The position numbers and the translations under genes were made by a program. The notes beneath the pieces were generated by a model. It was not told where the DNA came from, did not search any database, and worked only from the letters and a program-made list of their open reading frames with translations. From assembly GCA_036004705.1 (NCBI GenBank), contig DASYRF010000339.1:1676-65675 (forward strand): a DNA stretch of 64,000 nucleotides, written 5' to 3'. Shown here one piece after another: positions 62,499 through 64,000 of this stretch (the stretch's first letter is position 1; every line of letters begins with the position of its first letter). Origin of the DNA: Myxococcota bacterium. Lineage in GTDB: Bacteria > Myxococcota_A > Polyangia > DASYRF01.

Positions 62499-64000
62499 AT
62501 GCGAAGATGCGGGCTGGTGGCGGTGCTGGCGGCGGCCATGCCGGCAGTGATGGCGGGGGCGGCCGGATGCGACTGCGGCGGCGGCGGGCGCAGCGACGGC
62601 GGCGGAGGCGGCGATGCCGGCTCGGACGCCGGCCCGGCCGCCGACCCGACGCGCATCTTCTACCGGCCGCAGAGCAGCGCGGCGGCGGCGAACCCGTTCC
62701 CGGGCGACTTCCTCACCGTCGCCGACCCGACCTCGCCGACGGGGCGGCGCGTCGCCATCCCCGCGGCGCGCGGCTTCCCCTACGCCGACGAGCTGAACAC
62801 GCTCGACGGCTTCCTCGTCACGTTCGGGGCGTGGGTGCGAGCGACGCGCGCGTTGGATCCGGCCTCGGTCTTGCCCGGCACGATGGAGCTGTATCGGTAC
62901 GACTCGGCGGGCACAGGCGCAGTGGCGCCCGTGGCCGGCACGCTCGAGTACGTGGCCAACGAGACGGGCGTCCATTTCCTGCCGGACCGACCGCTCGCCT
63001 CGCGGGCGCGGTACCTTGTGGTGGTGCGCCCCGGGCTCGTGGACCTGGACGGCGCGCCGGTGGCCGCGTCGGAGGGCTGGGAGGCCGCCGTCGCCGCTGC
63101 CACGCCCGAGGCGACCGAGATTCTGGCGTTTCTCGACGGCCGCGCCGGCGTGCCCGCGGACCAGGTGCTGCACGCGCACCTGTACACCACGCAGACCGTG
63201 GCCGAGGACTTGGTTTTCGCGCGCGAGGCGCTCTTTGCCGGACCGCCGCCGGCCGTGACCATCGACGACGCCTACGATCCGCGCGACGCGTCGGGCAACC
63301 TGAACCCGGCGCTGCTGGCGCGCCTGCCGCCGCTGCCGCCCGATCTTCCGCTGAGCTTGCTGGAGACCGACGACGTGGCCACGGTGGCGTTCGGTCACAT
63401 CGAGACGGTGGAGTACCGCGACGCCGGCGGCCACTGGACGCACGATCCCGTCACGTTCGCGCCGGTGCCGCAGGGCACGCTCGACCTCGAGTTCATCCTC
63501 ACCTTGCCGGCGGGCACGGCAGGCCCCGTGCCGATGATCGTCTTCAGCCACGCGCTCGGCGTGTGCAAGGAAACCGTCATCGCCATCGCCGACACGCTCG
63601 CGGAGTACGGGCTCGGCGCCATCGGCATCGACGTCATCGGCCACGGCTCGCGCGCGACGGGCGGGAACACATGTGGCGACAACCCCTCCATCGGCGACTT
63701 CATCGACCCGACGGATCTCTTGAAGACGCGCGAGGTGTTCCGCCAGACCGTCAGCGACATGCTGCACCTCGTGCGCGTGCTGGGTGATCCCGGCGGCGGC
63801 GGCGTGGACCTGCTGCCCTGGACAGGTGACGTGGCGACGAGCGGCGACGGCCTGCCCGACTTCGACACGACGCGTCCGACTGCGCTGGTCGGGCAGTCGC
63901 TGGGGAGCTTCATCGGCACCATCACGTCGTCCGTCGAACCGCGCATCGTGGCCGCCACCCTGAACGTCGGCGGGCTGTCGGTTCTGGGCGTCCTGGCGGG
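62499..64000 (+). CDS. Secreted lipoprotein alpha/beta-hydrolase (lipase/esterase-like), paralog 4 of 4, 3' end outside window
   Basis: Not in the ORF track because it has no stop inside the window. ATG 62499, frame open to 64000. Lipobox GAAGCDC. FPGDF..SPTGRRV motif as in paralog 1, HALGVCK, VIGHGSR, elbow GQSLGS. Confidence 0.8.
   Translation, partial: MRRCGLVAVLAAAMPAVMAGAAGCDCGGGGRSDGGGGGDAGSDAGPAADPTRIFYRPQSSAAAANPFPGDFLTVADPTSPTGRRVAIPAARGFPYADELNTLDGFLVTFGAWVRATRALDPASVLPGTMELYRYDSAGTGAVAPVAGTLEYVANETGVHFLPDRPLASRARYLVVVRPGLVDLDGAPVAASEGWEAAVAAATPEATEILAFLDGRAGVPADQVLHAHLYTTQTVAEDLVFAREALFAGPPPAVTIDDAYDPRDASGNLNPALLARLPPLPPDLPLSLLETDDVATVAFGHIETVEYRDAGGHWTHDPVTFAPVPQGTLDLEFILTLPAGTAGPVPMIVFSHALGVCKETVIAIADTLAEYGLGAIGIDVIGHGSRATGGNTCGDNPSIGDFIDPTDLLKTREVFRQTVSDMLHLVRVLGDPGGGGVDLLPWTGDVATSGDGLPDFDTTRPTALVGQSLGSFIGTITSSVEPRIVAATLNVGGLSVLGVLA

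Overview
Very high-G+C chromosomal segment (about 70% judged by eye, not computed) with about 50 protein-coding genes. I found no rRNA, tRNA, CRISPR array or recognisable transposase/integrase. Several markers point to a myxobacterium (Myxococcota): a MYXO-CTERM-type C-terminal sorting signal, Myxococcus-type cysteine-rich repeats (CGNG..E.GE.CDDGN), a giant Ser/Thr kinase-AAA-TPR protein and many Cys-rich lipoproteins. Housekeeping anchors are class II (B12-dependent) ribonucleotide reductase nrdJ, plsY, trmL, a di-haem cytochrome c peroxidase, an acyl-CoA synthetase and a panE-like reductase. Accessory content: (1) four paralogous secreted lipoprotein alpha/beta-hydrolases, two in tandem, next to a LamG/MYXO-CTERM surface protein; (2) a polytopic-membrane CHAT protease coupled to an unassignable lipoprotein; (3) a partner-switching module with no sigma factor (PP2C phosphatase, RsbW-like protein, two STAS-like proteins) in one operon with an outer-membrane-barrel-like protein and a cupredoxin-like protein; (4) an ABC1 kinase / ArsA-like ATPase / DUF4139 operon with a second ArsA-like ATPase 4 kb away; (5) an alpha/beta-hydrolase / SPFH / NAD-kinase-fold operon. 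None of these can be shown to be a new system from sequence alone; I rank the CHAT-lipoprotein pair and the envelope-linked partner-switching operon as the best candidates. At the regulatory scale, at least nine genes carry a -10-like hexamer 6-8 nt upstream of the start codon with no Shine-Dalgarno (leaderless architecture). Two of them also have canonical TTGAC(A/G) -35 boxes at 17 bp. Because of the G+C content, most long ORFs in the six-frame track are off-frame or antisense artefacts rich in Arg/Ala/Pro/Gly. Calls rest on sequence motifs, signal peptides, third-position G/C bias judged by eye and start-site context. All homology statements come from motif recognition, not database searches.
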